The translations under genes and the position numbers were made by a program. Shown here one piece after another: positions 15,852 through 28,979 of a stretch of DNA of 64,000 nt; within the stretch, counting starts at the first letter, position 1, and every line of letters begins with the position of its first letter. Under the pieces are notes generated by a model, which worked only from the letters and a program-made list of their open reading frames with translations, did not search any database and was not told where the DNA came from. This stretch comes from Scenedesmus sp. PABB004 (Eukaryota). Where the stretch lies: assembly GCA_014905635.1 (NCBI GenBank), contig CM026547.1, positions 310,001 through 374,000 on the forward strand. The letters run 5' to 3'.

Positions 15852-17942
15852 TCACTCGCGCCCGACGAGGCCGAAGAGGCCCATCAGCTCAAACACGCCC
15901 ACCACCAGCTCAACTGCGGCGGGGCAGCCGGGGCGGCGGCGTCAGCGCGGCCGGCGGGGCGCCGCGCGCAGCGCCGCGCTGCTCCCCAGCTGTCTGCGGC
16001 GCCGCGCACCGGCGATGAGCCAGATGATGATCCACTCCATGCGCACGCTGTGGTGGTTCTGCTGATGCCCACGCAGCATGTCCAGCATCTCCTGCGCCGC
16101 GCGCACGCGCGGCGGGCCGGTCGCGCGCGGCGCGGCGCGGTGCAGGCCGGCAGCGGGGCGGCGCGGCGGCGGGGAGGCCGTGGCGCGGCGGCGGGGCGCG
16201 CCTGCAGCACGGTGAAGCGCGCGTTGAGCACCTCCACGCGCGTGTCCAGCTCCAGGTAGTCGCACGCGCGCTCATACAGCACCTGCAGCTGGTCCGGCGC
16301 GCTCCAGAAGAACTCGGGCGTGTCCAGCACGCTGCTCAGCAGGTTGACCGCGCTGCGGGGCGCGGCGCAACGCGGCCGCAGCCGGGGCGGCGCGGCGCCA
16401 GGCCGGCGCGTCGGCGCGCGGCCGGCGGGGCGGCGACGCGCGGCAGGGCGGGCGCGGGCGCGCGGGGCCGCGCCTGCGCTGCAGGAAGAGCTGCCCGATG
16501 CGCTGCGCGACCTCGCGGCTCTCCACGTGGACCGTGCCGTGCACCGCCAGCGACTGCGCGGCGGCGCGGCGCGACGCGCGGCGGTCGGGGGCCGCTCGCG
16601 GGCCGGCGCGCGCGGCGCCTGTCGCCCCCAGGGGCGGCGCGGCGCGGGCGCGCGCCTGCGGGAGGTGCTTCGTGGCCATGACCAGCTCCAGCACGCGCTG
16701 CTCCGACACGCAGAGCTTGGTGCTCTGCGCCAGCGCGTGGCAGATCGCGAGCTTGGTCAGGTGGTCGCACGCGTGGTGCCGACTGATGGTGATCGTGTCC
16801 TGCGCGCGGCGGCGGCGCAGCGCGGCGGTCGGGTGGGCGGCGCGGGCGCGGGCGGGCGGCGCGGCGGCGGCGGCAGGAGTGCGCGCGGCGCGGCGCGGCA
16901 GCCGGGCGCGGGCGCGCACGTTTTGCATGGACGGCGGCGCCGCGCTGGAATAGTGATATTCAAACTGGTCCACCTCCACGTCGCGCGTCGGCAGCGGGCC
17001 GACCTGCGCGGGGCGCGCGACACTCGCGAGCACCTCCTGTTCCTGCTTCGCGGTCAGGCCCCAGCAGCCTGCGCTCCGCGGCAGCGGCGGCGCGGGGTGT
17101 GGGCGAACGACGCCAGGCCGCGCCGCGTGCGCGAAAGCCCCGGCGCCCCGCAACCGACGGCTGTGCACACGCAGCAGGCGCCGCGCGGCGGCGGCAGCGG
17201 CGCGCCGCGGCTCACAGACGACGCCATACTCGAAGAAGAAGACATCAGCCGGCTCGAGCGGCCCGTCGCCGCCATCGAGCGGGGCCACCGGCGGCAGCGC
17301 GACGTGGAGCACCTCGCTGTGCCCGCTCGTCACGGGCGCGCCGGCGTACTTGGCCGCCACGCGGCCCTCGAGCGCCTCGCGGTCAAACGACTCGGCGATG
17401 CAGTACACGGTCACGCGGCCGCGGCTGTCAGGGATCGTCGGCTCAATGTCCTCAAACAGGCTGCTCGCGAGCGTCTGCTGCGCCGCCGCCGCGGGCTGGC
17501 CGAGCGCGTCGACGCCGAGCAGGTCGCCCTCGGGCGGCTGCTCCGGCCACGCCGGCGGCGGCGCCGCGGCCGCGGCCGCGGCCGCCGCGGCCATGTCGTT
17601 CGTGCTGCTGCTGCTGCGCGGGAGCAGGACGAGCTTGTCCTTCTGGCGCAGCTGCGCCGGCTTCTGGCTCGGCACGACCGCCGCCGGGAGCTTCAGGCGC
17701 GGCGCCACCATCGCCGCGGCGCCCGGCCGCGGCGCCGGGGGCCGCACCTGTGTGGCCGAGCGGCTGCGCCGCTCCGGCGCCACGTCGCGGTCGCGATCCC
17801 GGCGATGCCCCGGGAAGCGCGCCGGGACCGGCTGGCCGCTGAGCAGCGGCTGCTGCGCCTGCGCCTGCTCCGGGTACCCCCCCGAGAGCGCCGAGTAGTG
17901 GCCCTGGCCCTGCTGCACCCAGGACGGGCCTGGGCGCTCCAT
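15852..17942 (-). CDS. RMND1/Rmd1/Sif2-family (DUF155) protein; multi-exon
   Basis: GRVTVYCIAESFD, DVFFFEYGVV..WG, KLAICHALAQSTKL, IGQLFLQRSAVNLLSSVLDTPEFFW, YLELDTRVEVLNARF, and C-terminal TM segment MEWIIIWLIAVELVVG. Confidence 0.92.
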
Positions 17943-18330
17943 GGCGGCGGCTGCGCGTCGGCGGCGCGCTGCTGCTGCTGCTGCCGCCTGGCCTCAAGGC
18001 GGGCGCTCCGCGCGCGCCGCTCCGGTGAAGCAGGGGTCTCGTGTGTCTCTCTGTGTCCGAGCGGGAGGGCAGGAACGACGGCGGGCGGCTCGATGCGGAG
18101 CAGATGTTGCGCGCAGTGGCCTGAGCGCGGTGCTCGCGGAGCGCCGGCGATCGTTGGCGGGGCGCGCTGGTGTGAATGGGCGGACCTGCTGATCACACAC
18201 ACAGCGGACACGCGGCAACACCGCGGCAAAGGCCAAACCCCAGCGCTTGCACCACGCGCGCGCGAGCCGCCGCCCGCCGCCCGCCGCGCATGCCGCCCAG
18301 CTCACAGCCCGAGCTCAGCCCGGTCCCTGA

Positions 18331-21300
18331 TCAGTCGTAGGAGAGGTCGGCGTCCGGCGCGGCGGCGCCGGGGTCGCGCCGCGGGCTGTCGTCGACCGCC
18401 GGCACGCGCGCGCCCTCGGGCAGCACCTGTAGCTGGCCCGGCCCGCCGCCGCCCGCGCCGCGGCTGGCGCGCCGCACACGGCGCTTCGGCTCCGCCGCTG
18501 CAGCCGGGCCGGGCGATGCGCTGCTGCTGCTGCTGCTGCTGCGCCGCCTGCGAACGCCCGCAGCGGCTGCGGGCGCCGACGGCGGCGCCTGCGCCGTTGT
18601 CGCCTGCTCCGGCGCCTCCGCCGGCTGCTCCGGCACCATCACCACCTGCTGCTGCTGCTGCCCCTGCTGCCCCTGCTGCTGCTCCGCCTGCTGCCAGGGC
18701 AGGCCGCCGCCCTGCCGCGGCGCCGCCCGCGCCGCCGTGCCGCCGCGCCGCGGCGGCGCGGGCGGCCCGCCGCCGCCGGCGCCCGCGGCCACCTCGCGGC
18801 GGCGCACGGCCGCGTCGACCGCCGCGCCGGCGCGGGGGTCGTGCTCGTACGCGACCACGATGACCTCGGGCTTGCGGTTGTTGAACCAGCGCGCAGCGCG
18901 CGCACAGCCGTCCATCACGCCCCGCTCGACCTGCCCCAGCGACGCGTCGCCCGGCAGCTTGGCGACCGCCGCCTGCACCGCCTGCGCGTGCCGCGCGCGG
19001 CGGGGGGCGCCGCACGTCGGCGGCCCGCCCGGTCGCCGCCGGCGCGCGAGCGCGTGCGGCCGGGCTGCCGGCGGCCGGCGCCGGGCGCTGCCGGCCGCAC
19101 CTGGTGCAGGACGTCGAGCAGGCGGCCCTGGTCCGTCCACATCCCCCGCGTCGTCAGCCGCGCGCGGCAGCTCAGCAGCGCGCCGCCGCCGCCGCCGCCG
19201 CCTCCGCCGCCGCCGCCGGCGACGCCCGTCCAGGCCGCCGACTTGGGGCGCAGCACGTCCACCGCGACGACCACGATGCCCTCAAACGCGAGCACCTCGC
19301 GCTCAGGGATGGCCATCTCAGACGCTGTACCGGTGCCCCTGGCGTGCGGCGCGCGGCGCACGCGGCGCCGCGCCGCCGTCGGCGCGCGGCGCGCCGGAGC
19401 GCGGAGCGCTGCGCCGCGCGCCCTCCCGCCGCCGCGCGCGCCCCGCCGCGGGGCACGCACTTGCCGCCGTCGTTGAACAGGCGCAGCAGGTCCACCTCAC
19501 CGATGACGCTGATCCCGCTGCGCTGCTGCCCGCCACCGCCCTCCGCCGCCGCGGCCGCAGCCGCAGCCTCGGCGCGCAGCCCCGACGCGGCCATGGAGCC
19601 GGTCGAGAGCGTGTTGCGGTTACGGCGCTCGTGCACGCCGAGCATCTGGCCGTTCTTGATGACCTGCGGACGCGCCCAGGGCGGCCGGCGCGGCGCGGTC
19701 GCGTCGCACGCGGGCGGCGCCACGCCGCGCCGCACAGCGAAAACCGCCGCCGCGTCGCATCGAGCGCGCCGCCGCCGCCGCCGCCGCCGCACCTCTGTGA
19801 ACTGCACGCCCGCGCGCTCGCGCGCAAGGCGGGCGTGCTCCACCAGGAAGCTGTACTCGCCGTGGACCGGCAGGAAGTGCTGGGGCTTGACAAACCGCAG
19901 CACCTCTTCCAGCTCGCCCTGGCACGCGGCACAGGGGAGGGGGGGGAGGGACAGGGGAGGGACCGCGGCGGCGGCGGTGCGAGACGGGTGGGTGAGCGCA
20001 GCATCACGGCGCAGCTGCGGCTGGGCCGCCGCCGTGTGGCAGGCGCCGGCGCGTGGCAGGCGCCGGCGCGTGGCAGGCGCCGCCGGCGGCGCGCCTGGTA
20101 GGCGTGGCCGCTGACGTGGAGGTTGTCGGCCCGCCCCGCGACGACGCGCGCCCCCTGCAGCGCGAGGCTGTTGAGCATCTGTGAGACCTTGGTCTCATTG
20201 CCTGGGATGACCTAGGGGGGGGGGGTGGCCCGGTGGCGGGCGGGCGGGGTGGCCCGGTGGCGGGCGGGCGCGGGCGGGCGGGGAGGCGGGCGCAGAGGCA
20301 GGCGGGCGGGGAGGCGGGCGGGCGGCGGCGTCAGCGGGCTGCGATGCGGCGAGGCGAGTGCAGCCGCGCTCGGCTCGGCCCGGCTCGGCTGCGCTCGGCG
20401 CACCTTTGCCGAGTAGAGCACGAGATCTGAGGGCGAGATCTTGAGCGCGTTGCTCGCGCCGCGCGACGCGAGGCTCAGCTGCGCGCGGCTCTCCGCCTGC
20501 GCGGCGCGGCGCGGCGCGGCGCGCGGCGGCGGCGTGTGCGCGCCGACGGGCCGGCGCCGGGCGCGGGCGCGGCGGGGGCGACGCGAGGCGCGGGGGCGAA
20601 GGAGACGCGGACCAGGTCCGCTGCCTGCGCACCTGGCTGCCTGTGGTGACGATGAGGACTTGGTTGGGGTCCATGTGCGCCAGGTTGTCCGGCTTGACCA
20701 GCTCAGCGGGGCTCAGCGGCGCGCTGCGCGTCCAAGCGGGCGCGGCGCGGCCCGGCGTCAGCCCCGTCCGGCGCCGCCGCACGCGGCAGGCGCGGCGGGC
20801 GCCGCCCTGCCTCCCGCGCGTGGTCGCGCAGTGCAGCGCGCGCGTGCGCGGCCGCACCGCCCGTCGCGCGCGGCTGCCTCCAGGTAGGTGTTGAGGCTGG
20901 TGCCGATGAAGCAGATGCGCCGCCCCGACGCGTCGGCGGCGGCCTTGACGCTCGCGAGGCGGTGCAGGTTTGACGCAAACTGGAGCGACGCGGCGGGGGC
21001 GGCGGCGGCGAGTGCGTGAGCGCGTATGTGGCCCGTGCGCGCGTGGGCGGCTCCCAAACGCGCCAGCGGCCCCCGCCCTCCGACCAGCACGCGCGCGCAC
21101 CTGCGTCACGACGACGCGGCCCTTGCCCGCGTGGTCGAGCACCTTCTGGCAGAGGCTCTCCTGCACGACGCGCTCGCCGGGCGTGCGGCCGGGGGAGAGC
21201 ACGTTGGTCGAGTCGCTCATCATCAGGCTCACCGGCTCCTTGCCTGACCGGCGGGGGCGGCAGGCGGGGGCGGGGCGGGGCGTCGCGGCGGGCGCGGTGT

Positions 21301-21700
21301 CGGCGGCGCGCGTGGCGCGCGGCGGCAGCACGGGAGGGAGGTGCCCCGAGCGCGCCGCTGCGCCGCGCGCGGCGAGAAAGCGAGAGCGGGGCGCGCCAGC
21401 CGCGCGGCGTGCCAGCCGCGACGGTGCTGTGCTGTGCGGCGCGGCGCGCACTGAGGAGGTCAAAGGTGGTGCGGTCAAAGCCCTCGCCGTCGACGGGGTC
21501 CTCGTCGATCTTCCAGTCGCCCGTGTGCACGATCGTGCCCGCGTCGCTGCGCAGGATGAGGCCGCAGCAGTCGGGGATGGAGTGCGTCACACGCAGCGGC
21601 GTGACGGTGAAGGGTCCCATCTGGTAGTCGCGGAGCATCTCGATGACCTTGAAGCTGTGTGGTGTGTGTGAGTGGGCGTGTGGATGTGTGTGTGTGTGGA

Positions 21701-21775
<75 letters not shown>

Positions 21776-23297
21776 ATGTGTGAGTGTGTGTGTGTGAGTG
21801 GATGTGTGTGTGTGTGTGTGGATGTGTCTGAGTGGGTGGGTGTGAGTGGGTGGGTCGGTGCATTTGGGTGGGCGTGAGTGCGGCGGCCGCGGCGGCGAGC
21901 GCCCGCGCGGGCGCGTGCGCCTGGGTCGGGCGCGGCCCAGCAGCCCTGCCGCGGAGCCCCCGCGCCGCGCGCACCGCTGGGGGTTGTAGAGGTTGAACTC
22001 CTGCAGGCGCCGCGCGACGAGCTGCATCACAAAGCTGCCCGCGTACACGGGCGTGGACGGGTCGAGCGCTGGGATGACCCAGGGCAGCGCGCCGATGTGG
22101 TCCTCGTGCCCGTGCGTGATCACGACCTGCGGCGTGCGCGGGCGGGCGGCGTGGGCGGCGGCCGGGGTCGTTCAGGTGGCCGCGCGCGCTGAGGGAGTTC
22201 GCGGGGAGGGGAGCGCGTGTGTGCGCGGCGGCGCGTGCGGCCGCGGGCCAGCGGCGCGCGGCGGCGCGGCAGGGCGCGTGGCTGGCCGCACACGCACCGC
22301 CTCGATCTTGTCTCGCCACTGCGCGAGGAAGGAGACGTCCGGCAGAATCTTTTGCATGCCCAGGTCCTCAAAGCTGCGGGCGCATACGGCGTGGAGGTGG
22401 GCGTGGGCGCATGCGCGGGCGCGCGCGGGCGCGCGTGCGCGTGGGCGGCGCCGGGCGGCGCCGGCGCGGCGCGGCCGCCGCCCTCCCGCGCGGCCGCGCC
22501 CCGCCGCGCGGTGCGCTGCGTCTCCCTCTCGCTCACTCTGGGAAGAGCAGGCCGGCGTCGATGAGGATGTACCTGTCCCTCACGCCCACGAGCATGCAAT
22601 TCATACCAATCTCCCCCAGCCCGCCGATCGGCAGCACGCGCAGCGGCGGGCCCTCCGCCGGGGCGGGCCTGCGCGGGGCGGCGGGGCGGGGCGGCGGGGT
22701 GGGCGCCGCAGCGGCGCGCGCGGCGCGCGGCGGCGCGCGCGGCGCGCGGCGGCGCGCGCGGCGGCGCGCGCGGCGGGCGGCCCCGGCGGGGACGCACCGG
22801 GGAAGGGGCGCGCCGCGACGCCCGCGAGGGACGAGCCGACGTGGCTCCTGCCGTCGCTGGCCTTCCAGTGCTTCTTGATCTTCCAGGCGAACGGGTCGGC
22901 GCCGTCGTCCTCGCCTGCGCGCGCACGCGGCCGCGCCGGGCGCCACGCGGGCGGGCGGGCGGCGGCGGCGGCACGGCCTCACAGCGGGCGGCGACGGCGG
23001 CAGGGGCCCCGGCGGCCCGTGGAGACGGCGGCATGCGCCCGGAGCCAGCCACGCGCCCGCCGACCGCGGCAGGGGAGCGCGCCGCGCCGCCACGGCCGCG
23101 GCTGCTGCCAGCGCTGCTGTTGCCGCTGCCGCCGCGGCGCAGGGCCCGCCCGCACCTGAGCTGATGGGATCGGGACCGGCTGCCCGGACCAGTCGGTCAC
23201 CCCTGCCGCGGGCGGGGCCCCGGCCGACACTGGGGCGCGCGGGCGCGGGGTGGCGCGCCGAGACGGGTCCCGCGAGGGGGCGCTGCAGGCCCGCCAT
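18331..23297 (-). CDS. RNJ: Chloroplast ribonuclease J (MBL/beta-CASP); multi-exon
   Basis: [104 protein letters not shown]. Confidence 0.95.
21656..21850 (+). repeat. Intronic (GT)n microsatellite with degenerate flanks
   Basis: A long TG dinucleotide run inside an RNase J intron. Confidence 0.97.
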
Positions 23298-23535
23298 GCC
23301 AGGCAGGCCCTCAGGATCGCCGCGTGGCGGTCGAGTGCGCGAACGAGCGGTGTGCCAGGCAGCGCTGGCCGCGTGGCGCGCAGCAGCGGCGCGCGCAGCG
23401 GCGGCAGCGGACGGCCAGCGGTGCCGGCGGGCTGCGCGCGGCCGGGCGGCTCGCGTGGCTCACTCTGGCAGCTCGGCGGCACACCCTGGCCGTGCCCGCA
23501 CACCGAACCGCCGCTCCGTTACGCGCGGCCAACCC

Positions 23536-24460
23536 TCACGCCCCAGCGGCCTCCCCCGGGACCTCGCCGCCGAGCAGCCGCGCCGCCGCGGCGCCGCGGC
23601 GCCCGCGCAGCTCCGCCACGAGCGCGTCGACCTGGGCGCGCGTGTCCTCGAGCGCGGCGCCCGTGTCCAGCACATAGTCGGCGCGCGCGCGCTTCTCCGC
23701 GTCCGGGACCTGTCGGAGGCGGGGCGCCGGGGCGCGCGGTCGGGCACAGCACGCCGGAGCAAGCCGCGCCGCCACCGTGCCGCGCCGCGCCGCGCCGCCG
23801 CGCCTGGCGCGCCAGGATGGCGTCGAGCTTCTCCGCCGTCATGCCCGGCCGCGCGAGCACGCGCGCGCGCTGCGCGTCTGCCGGCGCGCTCACGACGGCG
23901 ACCGCGTCCAGCCCGCCCTCGGCCTTGGTCTCGAACAGTAGCGGTATGTCAAACACCACCAGCGGCGCGCCCGCGGCCGCGTGCTGCGCGGGCGCGCGGG
24001 CGGGGGCGCGGGCGTGGGCGTGGGCACGCACGCGCCCGCGAGAGCCGCCGCTGCTGGGGCCGCCGCCGCGCGCCGCCGCGCGCACCGTGCGCACAAAGTC
24101 GAGCCGCGCCGCCTCCACGAGCGGGTGCACGATGCCCTCCAGCCGCCGCATCGCCGCGTCATCGCCCACAACGAGGCCGCTCAGCGCGGCGCGGTCGACG
24201 CCGCCGGCGCCGCCGGGCGGCACCGCGCCCGGGAACGCGGCGCCCACGGGGCCGACCGCGGCGCCGCCGGGGGCGTACAGCGCGTGCACGACCGCGTCGG
24301 CGCACAGCACGGGCACGCCGGCGGCGGCGAGGAAGCCCGCCACGGTGCTCTTGCCCATCCCGATCGAGCCGGTGAGGCCGAGCAGGAACGGCGGCGCCGC
24401 TGCCGTCGCCGCCTGCTGCTGCTCCTGGCCCTGCTGCGCCTGCTGCCTGCCGTCGGCCAT
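23536..24460 (-). CDS. coaE: Dephospho-CoA kinase (bacterial CoaE-type), 3 exons
   Basis: P-loop [16 protein letters not shown], then [35 protein letters not shown] and [37 protein letters not shown]. Confidence 0.93.
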
Positions 24461-24920
24461 GGCCGGCGCGCGGCGGGCGCGGCGCGGCGCGGCGCGGGCG
24501 GCAGCAGCACGAGCGGCGGCGCGCGGGGCGGGGCGTGCGGCGCGGGCGGTGCTGCTGCTGCTGGGGCTGCTGCTGGGGCTGGGCCGATGGCGTGCCAGCT
24601 GCATTCCGTGGCTGGGGGCGTGGGGGTGTGGCGGCGGCGCCGCGGGAGCGCCGGAGAGCCGCGCGGTGCCGGGCGGGCGGTTGTGCGCCGGCGCGTCATG
24701 CCGCACCGCGCCGCGTACTCAGGCCTGCCGGCTGCAGCTGGCGCTGCGCTGGGCTCGCACGCTCCCCGCACGCAGAGAGCCGGCACCGTGCGCCGCCGCA
24801 CCCGGCAGCAGTAGCAGCGGCGGCGCCGACCTGGCGGCGGCGCGCGCGATGCCGCCGGCCGCCCATTCGCCCTGAGCTCCCGCGTCTGACCCTGAGGGCG
24901 TGACCCGGCGGGCGGGCGGC

Positions 24921-25307
24921 ATGAGCGGCTTCACGATGTCCTCGCCCTTCGCGCTGGGCGAGGTGGACGGCCTCGAGGGCGCCGCGCCCGTGCTCAGCGA
25001 GCGCGACGAGGCCATCCTGCAGGGCCTGGATGCCGACGGCGCGCCCGGCTTCGAGGTGGGCGATCCCGATCGACTGCAACGAGGCGCCTTGGGCTCGCTG
25101 CTGCCGCCCAGCTGCACGCGGGGACAGGCCCGCCGCGCGCCCTGCCGAGCAGCTCAACAGCTGCCGATCGCCTAGAGCCCGGCACCGCGCCGGTGCCGCG
25201 CCGGCGGCCGCGCCTGCCCGGCAGCGGCGGCGCCTCGCGCCGCTGCGCCGCGCCCGCCCCGCGACGGCCCGGGTCGGCGCCGCAAACCCGCACTGCCCCC
25301 GCCGCCC

Positions 25308-25341
<34 letters not shown>

Positions 25342-26297
25342 GCGCAGCTGGAGGACCTGGACACGCTGTCGGCGCTCGAGCGCTACTGCCGGAGCGACAT
25401 GCCCGCGCAGCGCCTCACGTACGCCGCGGGCATCGGCGCCGCGGTCGGCGAGCTCGAGGCGTCGGCGGTGTCCGGCACGCTCGTGGCGCTGCTGCGGGAG
25501 CTGCTGGGCGACGTGTACGCCGACGTGCGCCTCACGGCGCTGCAGCAAGTGCTGCCCGTGGGTGCGTCGCGTGCGGCTGCGGGCGGCGACGCCCGTCGCC
25601 GAGGCTCCACGATTAGATTGATTTTTTCATTGCACCGTGCTCACGCGCGCCGCGCGCCGCCGCCGCGCAGCGCGCAAGCTGCGGGGCTCAGGCATGACCT
25701 ACCAGACGGACCTGGAGGGCCTGTGGGACCTGGTGCAGCCGCTGCTGCTCGACGCGGACGTCGAGGTGCGCCGGCGCGGCGGCGCACGGCGCGGCCGGCG
25801 CCGCGCGGCAGGCGCGGCACCGCTCACGCCACGCCGCCGGCCGGCGCGCGCCCGCAGAACCAGGAGGCCGCCGCGCTGGTGCTCGCGGAGCTGTCGCACC
25901 TCGTCGCGTGGGGCAACGGCGTGGCGGCGAGCCAGAAGCTGGTGTGGGCGGTGCAGCGCCTCACGCGCCTGCCCCCGGAGCTCATGGCCGAGGGCGCGCT
26001 CGCCGCGCTTCGCCTCATCACCGAGGCACGTGCCCCCGCGCCCGGCGCGGCGGGGCGGCGGCTGCGGGCGCGCTGGCGGCGGCGCCCGCGGCGACGCGCC
26101 GCTGACGCCGCCGCCCGCCGCGCAGGTCGTGGCGCCGCGCGAGGGCTCGCCGCTGTGCTTTGACGCGATCCAGCATTTTGCGGTGGGGACGTTCAAAGAC
26201 ATGGCCACCAACGAGCGCAGCGCCGACGTGCGCCAGGTGCGACCCCGGCGCGCGGCGCGTGCGCCGCTGCCGCCGCCGCCGCCGCCGCCCCGCCGTC

Positions 26298-26330
<33 letters not shown>

Positions 26331-28512
26331 GAGCCCCGCGCCCGCGGCGCCGCCCGCCGCCGCGCGCAGGGCGTGGCGCTGCTGCTGCCGCGCTTCGTGC
26401 GGCACATGCCGCCTTCCGTGCGCGCCACGCTGCTGCCAGGTGCGGGCGCGGGAGGGGCAGCAAGGCGCGCCCGCCGGTGCGAGGCCTGCTTGTGCGAACG
26501 CCGCCGCCGCGCCCTCCCCCGCCAGGCCTGCTCAAGAGCCTGGCCTCCGACACCCACTGGAACGTGCGGGCGGAGGTGCCTGAAATGCTGGTCAACCTGC
26601 TGGCAGCGGTGCAGCCGCGCGGCGGCGCCCAGGCGGCGCCCGCCGCCGCCGCGCCAGGCGGCGACACGGGCGCGCCGGCGCCCGCGCCCGCCGTCGACGC
26701 GGCCGACGGCGGCGGCGGCGAGCAGCCGAGCGCCAGCGCGCCCGCAGCCGCGCCCGGCGGCCAGGCCAACGGCCAGCACGGCAGCGCGGCGGCGCGGCCC
26801 GCGCCGGGCGAGGGGGGCCTCACCGCCGAGGAGCGGCGCATGGTCTGGTGCGTGGCTGCCGCCCGGCGGCGCGTGCGCGGCGCGGCCGCGCCCGGCGCCG
26901 CGGCGCGCGGCCCCTGACGCACGCGCGCACGCGCCCCGCGCCTGCCTTCCCCTCCGCCCACCAGCGATGTGATCGACCGGCTCTGCCGCGACTCATCGCA
27001 CCTCGTCAAGGTGCCCGCACTCGCGTGCCTGGGCCAGCTGCTGCCGCTGCTGCCGGCCGCCGATGCGGCGGCCGCCAAGCCGCCGCTACTCGCGCTGCTC
27101 GCGAGCACCGCCAAGCCGCCGGCGATCATCAGCGGCGTGCGCGTGCCGGTGCAGCTGTGCGCGCCGCGGCTGAGCGGGCGGCCCGCCACGGGGCAGCGGC
27201 GGCAGCGCAAGCGGGGCAGCCAGCGGCAGGCGCAGCAGAGCAACGGCAAGCGCAGCAGCGACGAGCTCGGCGCCGCCAGCGCGGCGGCCCCGGCAGGCGA
27301 GGCGGCCGCCCATGGCAGCGCAGCGGGCGCACATGCTCCGGGCGCCGTTCTGACTGAGCCCGGCGCAGAGGCGCCGGCGCCGAGCGCAGACGCAGGCGCC
27401 GCCGCCGCGACGGCTGAGGCGGTCGCAGCGGCGGCCGCGTCGGAGGGCGTGCGCACGCCGCTGCTGGACGGGGACCTGCAGCCGGCAGCGCTGGCGGCCG
27501 CGGCCGCCGCCGAGTCCGCGCCGGACGCGCCCGGCGCGGCGCCGGCTGAGCCGGCGGCGGCGGCGGCTGAGCCGGCGGCGGCAGGGGCTGAGCCGGCGGC
27601 GGCGCCGGCCGCAGATGTGGTGCAGCTAGCCGACAGGGAGGAGCAGCAGCGCGAGCAGGCGCTGCTGTCGCCGCAGGAGCCGCACCCGCCGCCGGCGCTG
27701 GCACCGCCGCCGGACGCGATCGGCGCGGCGCCCGGGCCGGGCTCGCCGGGCGCTCACGGCCTGGGCCCGGGCCTCAGCGGCGTGCTGGGCACGCGGGGCA
27801 CGGCCGCCGCGGAGCTGCCGCTGGCGTGCGCGTTCCACCTCGGCAAGGCAAGGCGGTGCCGCATGCGCACGCGCGTCCGTGCAGCCGCGCATGCACGCAG
27901 CCGTGGCGCCCCGCGCGCCGACCCGCCGCCGCGCGCCCCCACGCGCGCCGCAGGTTGCCGCGCACGTCGGCGCCGCGCTGTGGCCGGCGCTGCACCCGGC
28001 TTTCCTGGCGCTCGCGGGCGCGGCGCTCGCGGGCGAGTGCGACGTGTCGGCCGCGCTGCTGCTCGGGTTCCCCGACCTCGCCGCCGCGCTGGGCCCCGCC
28101 GCCACGCGCGCGCTGCTCGTCCCCGTCATCCTCGAGCTGCTGCACTCCCAGCTGGTGCGCCCGCGGGCGACGCGCCCGCCGGCCGGACGGCCGAGCGCGG
28201 GGCGACGCGCCGCGTGCCGCCGCTGCTGCGGCTGCTGCGCCGCGTGGCGGCGCGCCGCGCCGGCGCGGGCGCGGGTGCCGGCCCACGCACGTGCGCTGGC
28301 GCCGCCGCGGCCTCGGTGCCCGCAGGAGCAGCTGGCGCCGGTGTTGAGCGTCATGCTCCTGGATGTGATCACTGCGCTGCCGGCGGACCTGCGCATCTGC
28401 CTGCTGCAGCTGCTGCCCAGCCTCGCCATCCAGCCGGGTGCGCGGCGGCCGCGGGGCTGCGCACGCGCGCGCCGCGGCACTGCGCTGGTCGCCGCCGGGC
28501 GGTGCGTGACGC

Positions 28513-28552
<40 letters not shown>

Positions 28553-28945
28553 AGACCGCGAACTGGCGGGCGACTGGCGCGCGCGCCTGGCGGTGGCGGA
28601 GCAGCTGCCGGTCGTGGCGCGCGTCCTGAGCCGCAGTCAGGTGGCCTACTGCGTCTGGCCGCTGCTGCTGACGCTCGCCAAAGACCCGGTCCACGCGGTG
28701 CGCGCGGCAGCGGCCGCGCAGGTCGGCCCTCTGCTGCTGCTGCTGCCGGAGCACGAGGAGGCGCCGTGCGAGGCGGTGGTGGCGGGCAGCTCGTCGAGCG
28801 ACGAGGCGGGCGGGGGCGCCGCGCCGGCGGTGGTGGCGAGCGAACCCAGCGCCGGCGCGCCGGCGGAGGTCGCGCCGGCGGAGGCCGCGCGGGCAGGCGC
28901 GGCGGCAGCGCTGAGGGCCGAGGCGGAGTCCGCAGCGGCGCCCCC

Positions 28946-28979
<34 letters not shown>

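Noticed and set aside
21587..21877. His-Thr or Val-Cys repeat proteins
   Set aside because: These are translations of an intronic (GT)n microsatellite.
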